DNA of 64,000 nt, from contig OZ076409.1 of assembly GCA_964187785.1 (NCBI GenBank), positions 85,686,001-85,750,000 of the forward strand. The letters run 5' to 3'. Positions within the stretch are counted from its first letter, which is position 1; the number at the start of each line of letters is the position of its first letter. Both the position numbers and the translations under genes were made by a program. The notes below the pieces were generated by a model. That model did not search any database. It was not told the origin of the DNA and was given only the letters and a program-made list of their open reading frames with translations. Of the stretch, positions 63,901 to 64,000 are shown piece after piece. This stretch comes from Amphiscolops sp. MND2022 (lineage: Eukaryota).

Positions 63901-64000
63901 AATGCGGAAAGAGATCTGCTGAGACCCTGGGCAAGCCTACGATATGCAAATGTTCTGCTTGCAAAATTGAAGGCAAGCATTTGGATGGATTGGTAGTCTG
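60939..64000 (-). CDS. pol: Pol (RT C-half, RNase H, integrase), 5' part outside the window
   Basis: QYVDD, VMSDAS, HHCC, DDE core, WCGPY; more than 1000 aa uninterrupted. Confidence 0.96.
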   Translation of the reverse strand, partial: DYQSIQMLAFNFASRTFAYRRLAQGLSRSLSAFSSFMRDYLDKAIKADQCAQYVDDIGIAANDTKQLCTNIRTVFECIRNAGLKLSMSKCHFGVKQIDFLGRTITPDGVAPQADKVKDFLAKIHFPKSKKALQRYIGFLNYYRNYIPRLSERLTPFFNLLKETSKFYVPTNLVDEFTNLNKLLGNSCQLALKQPLKHKQLIVMSDASFTAAGYAIMIEDDPKQKLQSKRKTYAPIAFGSKMFNPTQTKMSIYAKEFLSIYFAFVEFGHLMWGSTFPVIVFTDNRSVTRFFQTKMIPPALWNACDYVLQYNFVIAHVAGSMNTAADFLSRTEVDPTERLEMTIRNDINTKAIEVNIQSSGIVEEEQIYILPDDEFDENKLWEEKQNVRNQAQTETHNEPENDVSELQQFHKPTSGLVSVSSGYFRDNARIRLEQNNDIVLRNLRAKIEGDPFNENELASDYRYHHYLQNITRIEIKQEVLTRKYYTDTGAISHYQILLPIQLLDEFLQALHCHNSNHPGITKMIQEARQKYYYPCIAKYIKKWVNNCQICIQTKRINNDLLRTELLNCPEWDLGPEDILQMDILPNLPPPPSGGYDHIITAIDVFSRYLFAYPVTRINATAVARVIMDILCKHTYLPTTIITDLGTQFNAQVTHEIAAVLGIELKHATMKHAQTIGLLERTHASVKTHLKAATGEFRNNWHKYLPLAVLNHNTTYHASLGCEPSRVFHGRIPHNILDYKLGYNPNPRYPPQTDIAEEIQKRMKILLDQTKKNIMQSYLRYKAYYDRKAKAAPLETTDYCYILNPKADTQATKIPFREFRWCGPYIIEKVLPNNNYIVRRLGTNKTQLLHRIRLQKFTPQAPLADIFVRETDWQKDDQMPITNDDLYAQSWNTNFGSNPFDVDPAEHSQNTEETEYIPIQVPDDNHPPSPGTSKNSGGSPVEQTTEPNENHENESPQQSGEDAQITQKTQKDIENSSVNDIQNTPENSQKTPLQEEPINTRGEKYNLRPNPNPNYSDSYRY

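Larger units (their letters stand above)
51970..64000 (-). mobile_element. Ty3/Gypsy LTR retrotransposon, 3' part (element C)
   Basis: Pol clearly homologous to element B pol, same accessory layout. LTR end TG at 51970 with a gag N-terminus (51970-52549). The inner LTR boundary cannot be fixed, and linkage of this LTR to the pol is inferred. Confidence 0.85.

Overview
Repeat-dense eukaryotic (animal-like, spliceosomal introns, AT-rich) genomic window with one N-gap (39884-40082). It is almost entirely mobile DNA. (A) 1-~14400: a decayed minus-strand Ty3/Gypsy element with gag, PR, RT, RH, IN and an env-like ORF resembling chuvirus-type glycoproteins. (B) 20319-36568: an intact, very young 16.25-kb Ty3/Gypsy element with 2255-bp LTRs, an ACAAG target-site duplication, gag starting inside the LTR and a -1 gag-pol frameshift. 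(C) ~51970-64000: the 3' part of a related minus-strand Gypsy element. B and C each carry, between pol and the 3' LTR, a homologous six-exon ANTISENSE gene (~1070 aa, BED-like Zn finger, probably hAT-transposase derived) that I could splice by hand with consistent phases, plus a divergently oriented sense ORF. (D) ~40200-51960: a putative tyrosine-recombinase DNA element. It holds a disrupted SET-domain / tyrosine recombinase / Myb-like fusion gene, a neighbouring JmjC demethylase-like gene, and a recurring TTGGTGGGAC motif. Solo-LTR remnants, MITEs and two candidate host exons fill the rest. All family assignments come from motif recognition by eye; no searches were run.
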